Source: Candidatus Parcubacteria bacterium (GTDB taxonomy: Bacteria > Patescibacteriota > Patescibacteriia > Patescibacteriales > UBA12075). From it: a stretch of DNA of 64,000 nucleotides. The DNA lies in NCBI GenBank assembly GCA_963814275.1, contig CAWFCE010000001.1:67307-131306 (forward strand), written 5' to 3'. The position numbers and the translations under genes are program-made. Positions 28,211 to 37,292 of the stretch are shown piece by piece (within the stretch, counting starts at the first letter, position 1; every line of letters begins with the position of its first letter). The notes below the pieces were generated by a model, which was not told the DNA's origin, made no database searches, and saw nothing but the letters and a program-made list of their open reading frames with translations.

Positions 28211-29761
28211 TTATTGACTGGCCTCATTTTCCGGATTATCCGCGCCGGATCCGGTTTTGTCGGATTCCTGGCCGAGTATGATGATGAAATCCGGCTGGAT
28301 CGGGCTTTTTTCGAGTTTGTTTTCCTGGGCGATATCTTCGACCAGCCAGTCGGGCAGGGCGAGCGAAACATTAGCGCCGGTATGGAGGCGCAATATTTTG
28401 AGAGAATCGTTCTTTTCGCCGTAGCTAAGGTCGTAAATTACGGTTTTTTGGAAGTTTTGCCGGCTGCTGTTGCCGATCCGGACCACTACGAACCCCAGCT
28501 TTTCCAGATCAAGGGCGACCTGCGATGCCAATCCGTTTATCCAGGTGCCGTTCCTGACCTCGATTGTCGGACGCTCTTTGGTTACCTGGGTTTTGTCTTC
28601 GGCGGGCACGTCAGCGAATATATTCTTGACGTAGTATTGGATTTCGGCGAAATCACCGCTGCGCGGCGTCAGTACAAAAGCGCCCTGGTCATTATAGGAC
28701 TCGTATAATAAGCCGCCGGGGCTGCTATCGAGGACGCGGGTGATAATATCATCCTTGGATACGTCTTTGAGAATATCCCAGAGCTTCAGCATCTCCCAGA
28801 TTTTGAAGTTGGTGGCGACATGATCCTGGAATTCATTCAGGATCGACAGTAGCCGGTCGGGATTGAGCAGGGTCGATCGGGAGAGCAGCTTGTCTTTGGC
28901 GGCGGCCATAATGCGCTGCTGGCGGCGGGCGCGCGCGAAGTCGGAACCTTCGGCCCCGGCGGCGTGCCGGGAACGGGCGTATTTCAGGGCCAGTTCGCCG
29001 TCCATATGCTGCCATCCCTGGTCGACATGCAGATGCTCGAAGCGCGATTCATAATCCTCCGCGTCTTCCCTGCCCATAACCGGATAGCGGTAATCATCCA
29101 GGGTATTCTCGACATAGACATCGAGGCCGTCCAGTTCATTGACGATATTCACAAAACCCTCGAAGTCGACGCGGACGTAATAATCGATCGGAACGCCCAA
29201 GAGATCGCTCACCGCCTGGCTGATCGCCAGTCCGCCGCTGCCCTTGGCCGACATTTCCGCAAAGGCATTGATGCTGTTTATCTTCTGCATACCCATGTCT
29301 TCCACCGGAACGGTCAAATCGCGCGGTATCGAAACCAATGCCACTTTATTGGTGCTGGGTTCGATCGAAGCGAGCATGATCGTATCGGTCAGGTAGCCGC
29401 CATCGTGGGCAACTCCGCCCATGCCCAAAAGAAGGATGTTGATCCGGTCATCAGCTTCCCCTTTCAGGGACCGGTCGGCGCTTTCCGCCAGGTTTTTCAG
29501 CTGTTTAACGAGCGGCAGGCGGGTAAGCCATGATCCGGCGCTTTCTTCCGAAACCGATACACGGTTGCCGAAAACCAGCAGCGCGGTAAAAGCGAAAATG
29601 ACAAATACACCGAAAAGCTTCAGGACGAGCTTTCCGGTTCCTGATTTCCCCCCGGCCTTTGTTGCCGCTGCCGGTGTTATAATCGGGGCCGCGTCGGACT
29701 TACCCTTGGCCACGGTCCTGATATTAATTTTTTGTTCGTTTTGGTATGGATCAGCAGACAT
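28211..29761 (-). CDS. LytR-CpsA-Psr (LCP) family cell-envelope phosphotransferase with a LytR_C-like C-terminal domain
   Basis: 516 aa with an N-terminal TM segment. The LCP core is INILLLGMGG...GYLTDTIMLASIEPSTNKVALVSIPRDLTVPV. The C-terminus TIEVRNGTWINGLASQVALDLEKLGF is LytR_C-like. Confidence 0.85.
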   Translation of the reverse strand: MSADPYQNEQKINIRTVAKGKSDAAPIITPAAATKAGGKSGTGKLVLKLFGVFVIFAFTALLVFGNRVSVSEESAGSWLTRLPLVKQLKNLAESADRSLKGEADDRINILLLGMGGVAHDGGYLTDTIMLASIEPSTNKVALVSIPRDLTVPVEDMGMQKINSINAFAEMSAKGSGGLAISQAVSDLLGVPIDYYVRVDFEGFVNIVNELDGLDVYVENTLDDYRYPVMGREDAEDYESRFEHLHVDQGWQHMDGELALKYARSRHAAGAEGSDFARARRQQRIMAAAKDKLLSRSTLLNPDRLLSILNEFQDHVATNFKIWEMLKLWDILKDVSKDDIITRVLDSSPGGLLYESYNDQGAFVLTPRSGDFAEIQYYVKNIFADVPAEDKTQVTKERPTIEVRNGTWINGLASQVALDLEKLGFVVVRIGNSSRQNFQKTVIYDLSYGEKNDSLKILRLHTGANVSLALPDWLVEDIAQENKLEKSPIQPDFIIILGQESDKTGSGADNPENEASQ

Positions 29762-30217
29762 TGGTTTATTTTATCTCTTTGGCTTATGAGTTGACTTGAA
29801 TTTAAGTCAAATGTCAAAATGTAATATTATTATTTAATAACCAACAATCAAGTGATTTGGTATTCGATAAGCGGTAATCGGAAATTGCCTGTAACTTGTA
29901 TCTTGCGTCTCGTGTCTTGGGCATTTGTTGTTGACAGAATTTCAATATGCAGGGAGAAGCAAACAGAAATCGCAAAAATATGCGTATTACATATTATAGC
30001 CAATACCAAACAAACGCCGCTTTAAACGACTGAATAGATTATAACCTGAAGCGCAAAATAATGCAAGGATTTTTAGCCAATAAAAGCTAATTTTAATGGA
30101 TTGATTTTTTTAAAGAATGGTGTTATAGTTATAAAGATATTAAATAACGAAATAAAGCGAAAAATCGGTTATTGTGCATAGGAACTTAAGAATAATTTCA
30201 GTTATTCAAGTTTTTGG

Positions 30218-30811
30218 ATGCGAATTACCGTTTTTAACAATTTTCAAATGAAAAGCTTCTTTAATTTTATTCTTGAATTGGTCAAGATCGTGGTGATATC
30301 ACTGGTGATCATAATACCGGTGCGTTATTTCCTGATCCAGCCTTTTTACGTAAAAGGCGCGTCCATGGAACCGAATTTCTTCGACCATGAATATTTGATC
30401 ATTGATGAGATCACTTACCGTTTTAACGAGCCGCAGCGCGGCGATATCATCGTATTCCGTTATCCGCGCAACCCGCAGGAATTCTTCATTAAGCGCCTGA
30501 TCGGTTTACCCGGTGAGCAGGTGCAAATAAAAGAAGGCAGCGTATATATCTACAATCAGGAGCATCCGGACGGTTTCAAACTGGACGAACCGTATCTGGG
30601 CGAGGGGGTAAAAACCTATGGCCTGTCGGAAGATAAAGTCGTTTTGGGCGATAACGAGTTTTTTGTCCTGGGAGACAACCGTAATTCATCCAAAGACTCG
30701 CGCAGTTTCGGTCCTGTTAACAAAAGCTTCATTACCGGCCGGGTACTTTTGCGCGGCTGGCCTTTCGACCGGATCCATTTATTTTCCGCGCCGGATTATT
30801 CGATTAATTGA
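30218..30811 (+). CDS. lepB: Signal peptidase I
   Basis: It has VKGASMEPNF (catalytic Ser), GDIIVFRYP, IKRLIGLPGE (catalytic Lys box) and GDNRNSSKDSR. An alternative start at 30248 (MKSFFNF) is possible. Confidence 0.9.
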   Translation: MRITVFNNFQMKSFFNFILELVKIVVISLVIIIPVRYFLIQPFYVKGASMEPNFFDHEYLIIDEITYRFNEPQRGDIIVFRYPRNPQEFFIKRLIGLPGEQVQIKEGSVYIYNQEHPDGFKLDEPYLGEGVKTYGLSEDKVVLGDNEFFVLGDNRNSSKDSRSFGPVNKSFITGRVLLRGWPFDRIHLFSAPDYSIN

Positions 30812-30880
30812 TTATTGAAATACTTTGCGTGAGGGCTGGAATTGATAATTGAAATAGGCTATGAAGTAGATAGGCTATGA

Positions 30881-30970
30881 AACAATAAGCAATAAGACAT
30901 AAGTAATAAGCCTTCTTTTGAAGCTTATATTCTTGATTACAGGCTTATTGCTTATGTCTTATTGCTTGTT
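30881..30970. repeat. Short-period hairpin of the AATAAGC family
   Basis: aacaataagcaataagacataagtaataagcc pairs with ggcttattgcttatgtcttattgcttgtt. A related copy (aataagtaataagacataagcaataagtc) is at 55936-55970. Confidence 0.7.
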
Positions 30971-31097
30971 ACTATTTTTAAATTAGCGGGCGAACAAGGA
31001 TTATTTCGGCAAAACGCGTATTTTTTATAGATGTTGCTTTTTACGGATCAAAGCACTTTAACGCCTATTAATAAAGAATTTATCATAACATTTGTTT

Positions 31098-32495
31098 ATG
31101 CCAAAAACAGCCAACATGAGGCCGGCAGCCGGGGCTAACAGAAAAATGGCGCCAAAGCCGAAGGGGAGGACAGAAAATAAATTTTCCCGCCTAAGAGGAA
31201 TGCGGGATGTTTTATTTGATGAATATAAATATTATCAGTTGCTTGTCCAAAAAGCAGTCGATCTGGCCGCCACTTACGGTTTTCGCCGGATCGATACTCC
31301 AATCCTCGAGCGGACCGCGATGTACGAGCGGTCAACCGGCAAAGAGACGGATATCGTATCCAAGGAAATGTATTCCTTTGTCGACAAGAGCGGCGACAAA
31401 ATTTCCTTGAGGCCGGAAGCTACCCCCAGCCTGGTGCGCGCCTATATCGAGCACGGCATGTTCAACCTGCCCCAGCCGATAAAAATGTTCTGGATCGGAC
31501 CGGTATTCCGCCATGAGAAGCCGCAATCCGGCCGTTATCGGCAGCATACCCAGTTCGACCTTGAATTTTTCGGCGAATCGAATCCGGTTGCCGATACCCA
31601 GCTCATTTTGATCGCTTATAATTTTTTCAGCGAGCTGCAGCTCGATGTCCAGGTCCAGATAAACAGTATCGGCGATGAAGTCGACCGGGAAGAATACATC
31701 AACAAACTGACCGAATTCTATAAAGAGCGGGGGAAACGCTCCCGGCTTTGCCCCGATTGCAAGCGCCGTTTCCTGCGCAGTCCGCTGCGGCTGCTTGACT
31801 GCAAGGAGCCCGAATGCCAGGAGGTGCGGGAGGATGCGCCGCAGATAGTCGATTTTCTCGGCGATGAGTCGCGCGACCATTTCATCAAAGTGCTGGAATA
31901 TCTGGATGAACTCGAAATACCTTATAATCTGAACCCGTTCCTGGTACGCGGCCTCGATTATTATAACCGCACGGTATTTGAAATCACCCCGGTAGCGCAG
32001 GAAGAAGAGGGGGCGGGGAACGACGCGTCCGGCTCCGCCAAACGGCAATCTTCGCTTTGCGGCGGCGGCCGCTATGATATGCTGGTTGAGCGGATGGGTG
32101 GCCGGCCGACTCCGGGCTGCGGCTTCGGCCTCGGTCTGGAGAGGGTTATCCAGAAGATAAAAGAGAAGAACATTCCCCTAAAGGAAGACAATGACAATAT
32201 AGTGTTTATGGCTCAGCTGGGCGAACAGTCACGCCGGAAGATGATGGTGATGTTCGAAGATATGCGCCGCAAAGGATACCGCGTGCGCCAGGCATTTACC
32301 AAGGACAGCCTGAAGACCCAGCTGGATGAAGCCAACCAAATGAAGGCAAAGTATACTCTGATATTGGGCCAGAAAGAAATGCTGGACGGCACGATAATTA
32401 TCCGGGATATGGACTCCGGCACCCAGGAGGTTGTTGACCACAAAAAGATCAACCAGGAATTGTCCAAAAGATTGAATAACAACGGGAATAGTTAA
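31098..32495 (+). CDS. hisS: Histidine--tRNA ligase
   Basis: It carries RGMRDVLFDE, LRPEATPSLVRAY, GPVFRHEKPQSGRYRQHTQF, GGGRYD and a C-terminal anticodon-binding domain. The true start is uncertain (31098 or 31146), and there is a basic N-terminal extension. Confidence 0.92.
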   Translation: MPKTANMRPAAGANRKMAPKPKGRTENKFSRLRGMRDVLFDEYKYYQLLVQKAVDLAATYGFRRIDTPILERTAMYERSTGKETDIVSKEMYSFVDKSGDKISLRPEATPSLVRAYIEHGMFNLPQPIKMFWIGPVFRHEKPQSGRYRQHTQFDLEFFGESNPVADTQLILIAYNFFSELQLDVQVQINSIGDEVDREEYINKLTEFYKERGKRSRLCPDCKRRFLRSPLRLLDCKEPECQEVREDAPQIVDFLGDESRDHFIKVLEYLDELEIPYNLNPFLVRGLDYYNRTVFEITPVAQEEEGAGNDASGSAKRQSSLCGGGRYDMLVERMGGRPTPGCGFGLGLERVIQKIKEKNIPLKEDNDNIVFMAQLGEQSRRKMMVMFEDMRRKGYRVRQAFTKDSLKTQLDEANQMKAKYTLILGQKEMLDGTIIIRDMDSGTQEVVDHKKINQELSKRLNNNGNS

Positions 32496-32547
32496 TCCGT
32501 TAATATAAATAATAAATTTTGATAAATAAATCTATCTAGAAAGGAAG

Positions 32548-32793
32548 GTGTCTACCGTGGTTGAATTCAAAAGAAAAAAAGGCGAAAGTTTCGAAGCGTT
32601 TTTACGCCGCTTCAATAAGACTCTGCTGCGCAGCCGCAAGCTCAATGAAGTGCGCCGCCGGCGCTACATCCAGCCGAAGAAAAATAAGAACAAGCAGAAA
32701 GAATATGCGTTGATCGTAAAAGAAACTCGCGAAAAAAACGAATATCTGCGCAAGATCGGCAAACTTAAGGATGAGCCGAAAGGGCGCTGGTAA
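32548..32793 (+). CDS. rpsU: 30S ribosomal protein S21
   Basis: 81 aa and basic. ESFEAFLRRFNKTLLRSRKLNEVRRRRYIQPKKNKNKQK matches the S21 pattern. AGGAAGG lies upstream of the GTG start. Confidence 0.8.
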   Translation: MSTVVEFKRKKGESFEAFLRRFNKTLLRSRKLNEVRRRRYIQPKKNKNKQKEYALIVKETREKNEYLRKIGKLKDEPKGRW

Positions 32794-32864
32794 GGGGCGT
32801 AAACGCAGAATGACGAATGTCGAATGACGAATCCGGAACCTAATAATTAAAAAGTATTTTTATA

Positions 32865-33320
32865 ATGAGCAGTTTGGTGGAGAAAATACAAGATGATTTG
32901 AAGCTGGCCATGAAAAGCAAGAATAGCTTCGATTTGTCCGTTTTGCGGATGCTGATTACGGCGCTCAAGAACAAAAAAATAGAATTGGTGGCCAAAGACG
33001 GATTGGACGACGGCCAGGCGGTAGCGGTGGTCAAAAGCGAAGTTAAAAAACGGCAGGACGCCGCCGCACTCTATGACCAAGGCGGCCGTGCTGAGCTGGC
33101 TGAGAAGGAACGGGCCGAGATCGAAGTCCTTAAGCGCTATCTGCCCGAGCAAATGGACGAACAAACGATCGAAAAAATCGTCAAAGAAGTCGTGGCCGGA
33201 TTCGGCGAGGCCGGACCGGGCGATTTCGGCAAAGTAATGGGTTCTGCCATGGCCAAGCTTAAAGGCCGGGCAGACGGCAAGACGGTGCAGGATATCGTCA
33301 AACGGGTATTAGGAGCCTGA
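32865..33320 (+). CDS. yqeY: GatB/YqeY domain-containing protein
   Basis: 151 aa. It starts MSSLVEKIQDDLKLAMKSKN...LSVLRMLITALKNKKIE and ends ...GKVMGSAMAKLKGRADGKTVQDIVKRVL. Confidence 0.88.
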   Translation: MSSLVEKIQDDLKLAMKSKNSFDLSVLRMLITALKNKKIELVAKDGLDDGQAVAVVKSEVKKRQDAAALYDQGGRAELAEKERAEIEVLKRYLPEQMDEQTIEKIVKEVVAGFGEAGPGDFGKVMGSAMAKLKGRADGKTVQDIVKRVLGA

Positions 33321-33356
33321 TTTCCGTTAATCATAGATTGATTCTTTCCGTATATA

Positions 33357-33393
33357 CAAAAAGCGCCCCGGTAAAACCGGGGCGCTTTTTTGC
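33357..33393 (+). terminator. Rho-independent terminator after yqeY
   Basis: A 10-bp GC-rich stem, agcgccccgg / ccggggcgct, is followed by T6. Confidence 0.85.
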
Positions 33394-33560
33394 AGTTTGT
33401 TTTTTGGAATTTTTTTTGGTACAATATGCTTAAGGATCAATTGCTGGCATAACGAATAATACAACAATATTGTACAGTATTTCAGAAATATTTTGATATT
33501 TTCTCCCGATTTGTGGGTATTAAGATTTTTTTATTTAATAATGAAAATAATTTATTTTTT

Positions 33561-35213
33561 ATGAAAAAACATTTGTTAATATTGTCGCTTGCCGTCCTCG
33601 TCTTGTTCGGGGCGCTTTCGGCGGCCCGGGCGGCCGGTTTGGCCGAACGGCTAAGCGGTTGGATTCTCCTGCAAGTGGAAGCGCATGGCGAAGCCTGGTA
33701 CGTAAATCCCGCGAACCAAGAACGCTATTTTCTCGGACATCCGGCCGACGCGTTCCGTATCATGCGCGAATTGGGCCTGGGCATTACGAATCGTGATTTC
33801 GATTCCTACAACGGCATCGCTCCGGCGCGCCTTAAAGGAAAGATCATCATCAAGGTGGAGGATCTGGGCAAAGCGTATTATATCAACCCGGCCGATCTGG
33901 CCCTTCGCTATCTTGGCCGTCCATCGGACGCCTTCGCCGTAATGCGCGAATTGGGCCTGGGCATTACGAATGCCAGCCTGGAATCAATACCGGTCGCGGC
34001 CGGTTATGGCGTGCCGGAAACACCGCCAGAACCGGAACCGGAACCGGAACCGGGAGAACCGGTTGTCTGCCCGGAACCGGCGTGCGAAGGGAGTGTTTAC
34101 CGGCAATATGAGCTTGGCGACGATAATTCATGCGTGGCCATAGAAGACGACTGCAGCGATTGTTCCTGCTCCTGCGGGGGGTATGACCAAGCGGAAAATA
34201 CCGACAACGACAACTGCGGCGACGGGGCTGACAACGATTGTAACGGACTATTGGACGGCGAAGAAGCCAGCTGCCAGATAACCGGCACGGAAGTAAGCGG
34301 AAGCATCACCGCCAATACGGTATGGACAACGGATGGCAGCCCTTACCGGGTAACCGATACATTGACGGTTAATGCCGGCGCTGTTCTAAAAATCAATGCC
34401 GGTGTAATCGTAAATTTCGCGACTGCCTCCGGTATCGAAGATTTGGGCGGAGTCAGCATGATCGTAAACGGCGGATTGGAAGCGAACGGCACGCTTAGCC
34501 TGCCAGTAACCATCACTTCTTCGCAGGCTACTAGCAGTCCGGGCGATTGGGGGGCGATCGAAGTGGTAAATGGCGGTTCGCTCACGATGTCGCATGTCCG
34601 GCTATCCGGCGCCACCACGGGGATTCGGGCCGCCAACGCGCGCAGCCTGAACATTACTTCAAGTGAAATCAGCGACTGCCGGACAGCGATCTATGCTTCC
34701 GGTCCGGCGACGATAAGCGGCAACAGCCTAAACAACAATTATACCGGCGTGGTCTATAGCGGTACGATCGCCTCGCCCCGCGACAACGGCACATACGCCA
34801 ATTTTGACCGGATTGCGACCGTGGTGCACAACACCATAAGCCACAACCGGGGCGGCGACCCCGATACTGACGGCGGAATTATCATTTATGGGGTTACGGT
34901 CGGCGGTTTCCGGCTTGATTTTGAGTTCAACGACCTCAACGACAATACCAATGGAATCATTTTCCGGGATTCGGATTATTACGACCATATTACCATCGAA
35001 CAGAATAATATCACCGACAGCCAGTATTATAACGTCTTGGTAAAATCCCAGGGCGCCTCCCCCGCGGTGGAAGACAATTGGTGGGGGACGGACAACCTGG
35101 ATGAATTGGACGCGAAAGTATTCGACTATTTCGATGTCAATTACGCCCTGCCGCAGGTCGATTACAAGCCCTTCTTATACGCCCCGGTATTCGGCGCCGG
35201 CGCCGCTGGATGA
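33561..35213 (+). CDS. Secreted protein: two tandem ~55-aa repeats, a PE-repeat linker, a Cys-rich segment and a right-handed beta-helix (NosD/CASH-like)
   Basis: The signal peptide MKKHLLILSLAVLVLFGALSAARA starts at the ATG at 33561. The repeats are EAWYVNPANQERYFLGHPADAFRIMRELGLGITN and KAYYINPADLALRYLGRPSDAFAVMRELGLGITN, followed by PEPEPEPEPEPG. Beta-helix rungs run through ...ITSSEISDCRTAIYASGPATISGNSLNNNYTGV... Confidence 0.7.
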   Translation: MKKHLLILSLAVLVLFGALSAARAAGLAERLSGWILLQVEAHGEAWYVNPANQERYFLGHPADAFRIMRELGLGITNRDFDSYNGIAPARLKGKIIIKVEDLGKAYYINPADLALRYLGRPSDAFAVMRELGLGITNASLESIPVAAGYGVPETPPEPEPEPEPGEPVVCPEPACEGSVYRQYELGDDNSCVAIEDDCSDCSCSCGGYDQAENTDNDNCGDGADNDCNGLLDGEEASCQITGTEVSGSITANTVWTTDGSPYRVTDTLTVNAGAVLKINAGVIVNFATASGIEDLGGVSMIVNGGLEANGTLSLPVTITSSQATSSPGDWGAIEVVNGGSLTMSHVRLSGATTGIRAANARSLNITSSEISDCRTAIYASGPATISGNSLNNNYTGVVYSGTIASPRDNGTYANFDRIATVVHNTISHNRGGDPDTDGGIIIYGVTVGGFRLDFEFNDLNDNTNGIIFRDSDYYDHITIEQNNITDSQYYNVLVKSQGASPAVEDNWWGTDNLDELDAKVFDYFDVNYALPQVDYKPFLYAPVFGAGAAG

Positions 35214-35240
35214 AAAGTAAGTTGAATTAAATATAAAAAA

Positions 35241-35266
35241 GCCCGCTTTAAGGAGCGGGTTTTTTT
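35241..35266 (+). terminator. Rho-independent terminator
   Basis: The stem cccgct / agcggg has a 6-nt loop and is followed by T7. Confidence 0.75.
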
Positions 35267-35270
35267 AATA

Positions 35271-35438
35271 AAAACTAAATCCTAAACTCTAATTTCTAAA
35301 CAAATTCAAATGCTCCAAATTCAAAATTCAAAACTCGCGGAATATGCGGCAAGGGCATATTTAAATGACCCGTTTTGATTTTTTGGCCATTTGAATTTGG
35401 AATTTGTTTAGAATTTAGAAATTAGAGTTTAGGATTTT
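35271..35438. repeat. Long (~65-bp arms) imperfect AT-rich hairpin
   Basis: aaaaactaaatcctaaactctaatttctaaacaaattcaaatg...caaaattcaaaac pairs with gttttgatttt...catttgaatttggaatttgtttagaatttagaaattagagtttaggatttt. Confidence 0.75.
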
Positions 35439-35478
35439 AATTATTTTTTATTTGAATAACGTTTAAAATTCCTGACCA

Positions 35479-36945
35479 TTAAATACGGGGGATGATCCGC
35501 TTGATCTGTTCGAACCGTGATAGCTTGGTGGCTTGTTTGATCTTTTCGCGCGCACGCTGGGTTTTGACGAATTTAAGCCAGTCGCGGTTGGGGCTTTTGC
35601 GGTTTTTTTCTGTGATGATCTCGACCAGATCGCCGTTTTTGAGCTCCAGGTCCAGCGCCGCCATTTTATTGTTTACGAGCGCGCCCATGGCCTTGTTGCC
35701 CACCTCGGTATGGATCAGATAGGCGAAATCGACCGGGGTCGCCCCTTCCGGCAGGTCGAATACATCACCCTTGGGAGAGAATACGAATATCCGGTCATGA
35801 AAAACATCGAATTTCAGGTTGCTGATAAAATCGTTGGTATTGGTCGATTCGCGCTGGATGCGCAGGATTTCCTTGACCCAGGCGGGCTGGCGGTTAAAAG
35901 CGACCTCGGAGCCTTCTTTCTGCTTGTAGTACCAGTGGGCGGCAATACCGTAGAGCGCCTCTTCATGCATCTCCTGGGTACGGATCTGGAATTCGGTCGC
36001 TTTGTTGTCCGGACCGAATACGGTCGTATGAAGCGAGCGATAACCGTTGGGTTTGGGCACGGCGATATAATCCTTAATCCGGTCGGATTTCGGCTTCCAC
36101 AAGGAGTGGATGATGCCCAGCGTCCGGTAGCAATCGGAAATAGTGGGAACGATCACGCGCATCGCGAATACATCATAGATCTCATCGAATTTTCGGTCTT
36201 TGCGCTGCATTTTTTTGTATATCGAATAGAGATGCTTGAATCGGTCTTCGATCCGGTAGGGTACGCCCGCGGATTTCAGTTTTGCGCCCAGCATATTTTT
36301 GACCTTTTGCGAGTATTGGTTGCGCTCCATTTTCTTTTCCACTTCGTACTTATATTCCAGGGCTTTGTAGTCTTCCGGGTATAGATATTTGAAACAAATA
36401 TCCTCCATCTGCCATTTGAGGCGCCAGATGCCCAGCAGTCCGGCGATCGGTGCGTATATTTCCATGGTTTCCTGGGCGATGCGTAGGCGTTTTTCCGGCG
36501 GCAGGGCGTCCAGGGTGCGGAGATTATGGAGGCGGTCGGAAAATTTGATAAGGATTACGCGCAGGTCCTGGGCCATGGCGAGGAACATCTTTCGCAGGCT
36601 TTCCCGGTAGCGTTCTACGCCGCGGTATTTGATCTTGGACAGTTTGGTTATGCCCTCTACCAGTTTGGCGGTTTCGGACCCGAAATTCTTCTTTACATCT
36701 TCCAGCGTCAGTTCGGTGTCTTCGGGGACATCATGGAGCAGTCCGGCCATAACCGTGTTGAAGTCCGCCTTGATCTGGGCCAAGACGAACGCGGTATGGA
36801 GCGAATGCTGGATATACGGTTCGCCGGTGCGCCGTTTCTGGCCTTGGTGCGCTTTTTCCGCAAAATCATAAGCCAACCGTAAAAGGTCAAGATCAGCCTG
36901 CGGTTCGTTCTCTTTGACTCGGCTTATTACCTGGTCGATGGTCAT
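35479..36945 (-). CDS. rel: Bifunctional (p)ppGpp synthetase/hydrolase, RelA/SpoT family; a short form ending after the TGS domain
   Basis: The HD domain shows HSLHTAFVLAQ...LHDVPEDT. The synthetase domain shows RFKHLYSIYKKMQRK, DVFAMRVIV and GYRSLHTTV. The TGS domain is VFSPKGDVFDLPEGATPVDFAYLIHTEVG. Confidence 0.9.
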   Translation of the reverse strand: MTIDQVISRVKENEPQADLDLLRLAYDFAEKAHQGQKRRTGEPYIQHSLHTAFVLAQIKADFNTVMAGLLHDVPEDTELTLEDVKKNFGSETAKLVEGITKLSKIKYRGVERYRESLRKMFLAMAQDLRVILIKFSDRLHNLRTLDALPPEKRLRIAQETMEIYAPIAGLLGIWRLKWQMEDICFKYLYPEDYKALEYKYEVEKKMERNQYSQKVKNMLGAKLKSAGVPYRIEDRFKHLYSIYKKMQRKDRKFDEIYDVFAMRVIVPTISDCYRTLGIIHSLWKPKSDRIKDYIAVPKPNGYRSLHTTVFGPDNKATEFQIRTQEMHEEALYGIAAHWYYKQKEGSEVAFNRQPAWVKEILRIQRESTNTNDFISNLKFDVFHDRIFVFSPKGDVFDLPEGATPVDFAYLIHTEVGNKAMGALVNNKMAALDLELKNGDLVEIITEKNRKSPNRDWLKFVKTQRAREKIKQATKLSRFEQIKRIIPRI

Positions 36946-37292
36946 GGTCGTTATTTTATTCCGAAAGCGTTTTTAATATATTATTTCGTTTTTCACGCTT
37001 TTCTTTTAATGTGTTAGGGAATTGGTAATTGGAAATTAGAAATTAGAAATTTGGATTTAAATAATAAATATCCGTACATTAGCATCTGGAGGTATCAGCT
37101 CTCAGTATATGTTTAATGTTTTATTGATGAACGATTTTTCGAACAATAACTGGCGTTTACCATCATTCCTGATTTCCAGCCTCTAATTTCCAATTTCATC
37201 CGTTTAATTTGTATCAGAATACATTTTTATGTTATAATAATATTATATAACTGTGGATTAGTCAATCAGTAATTTTTTGCTAATTATTACCC

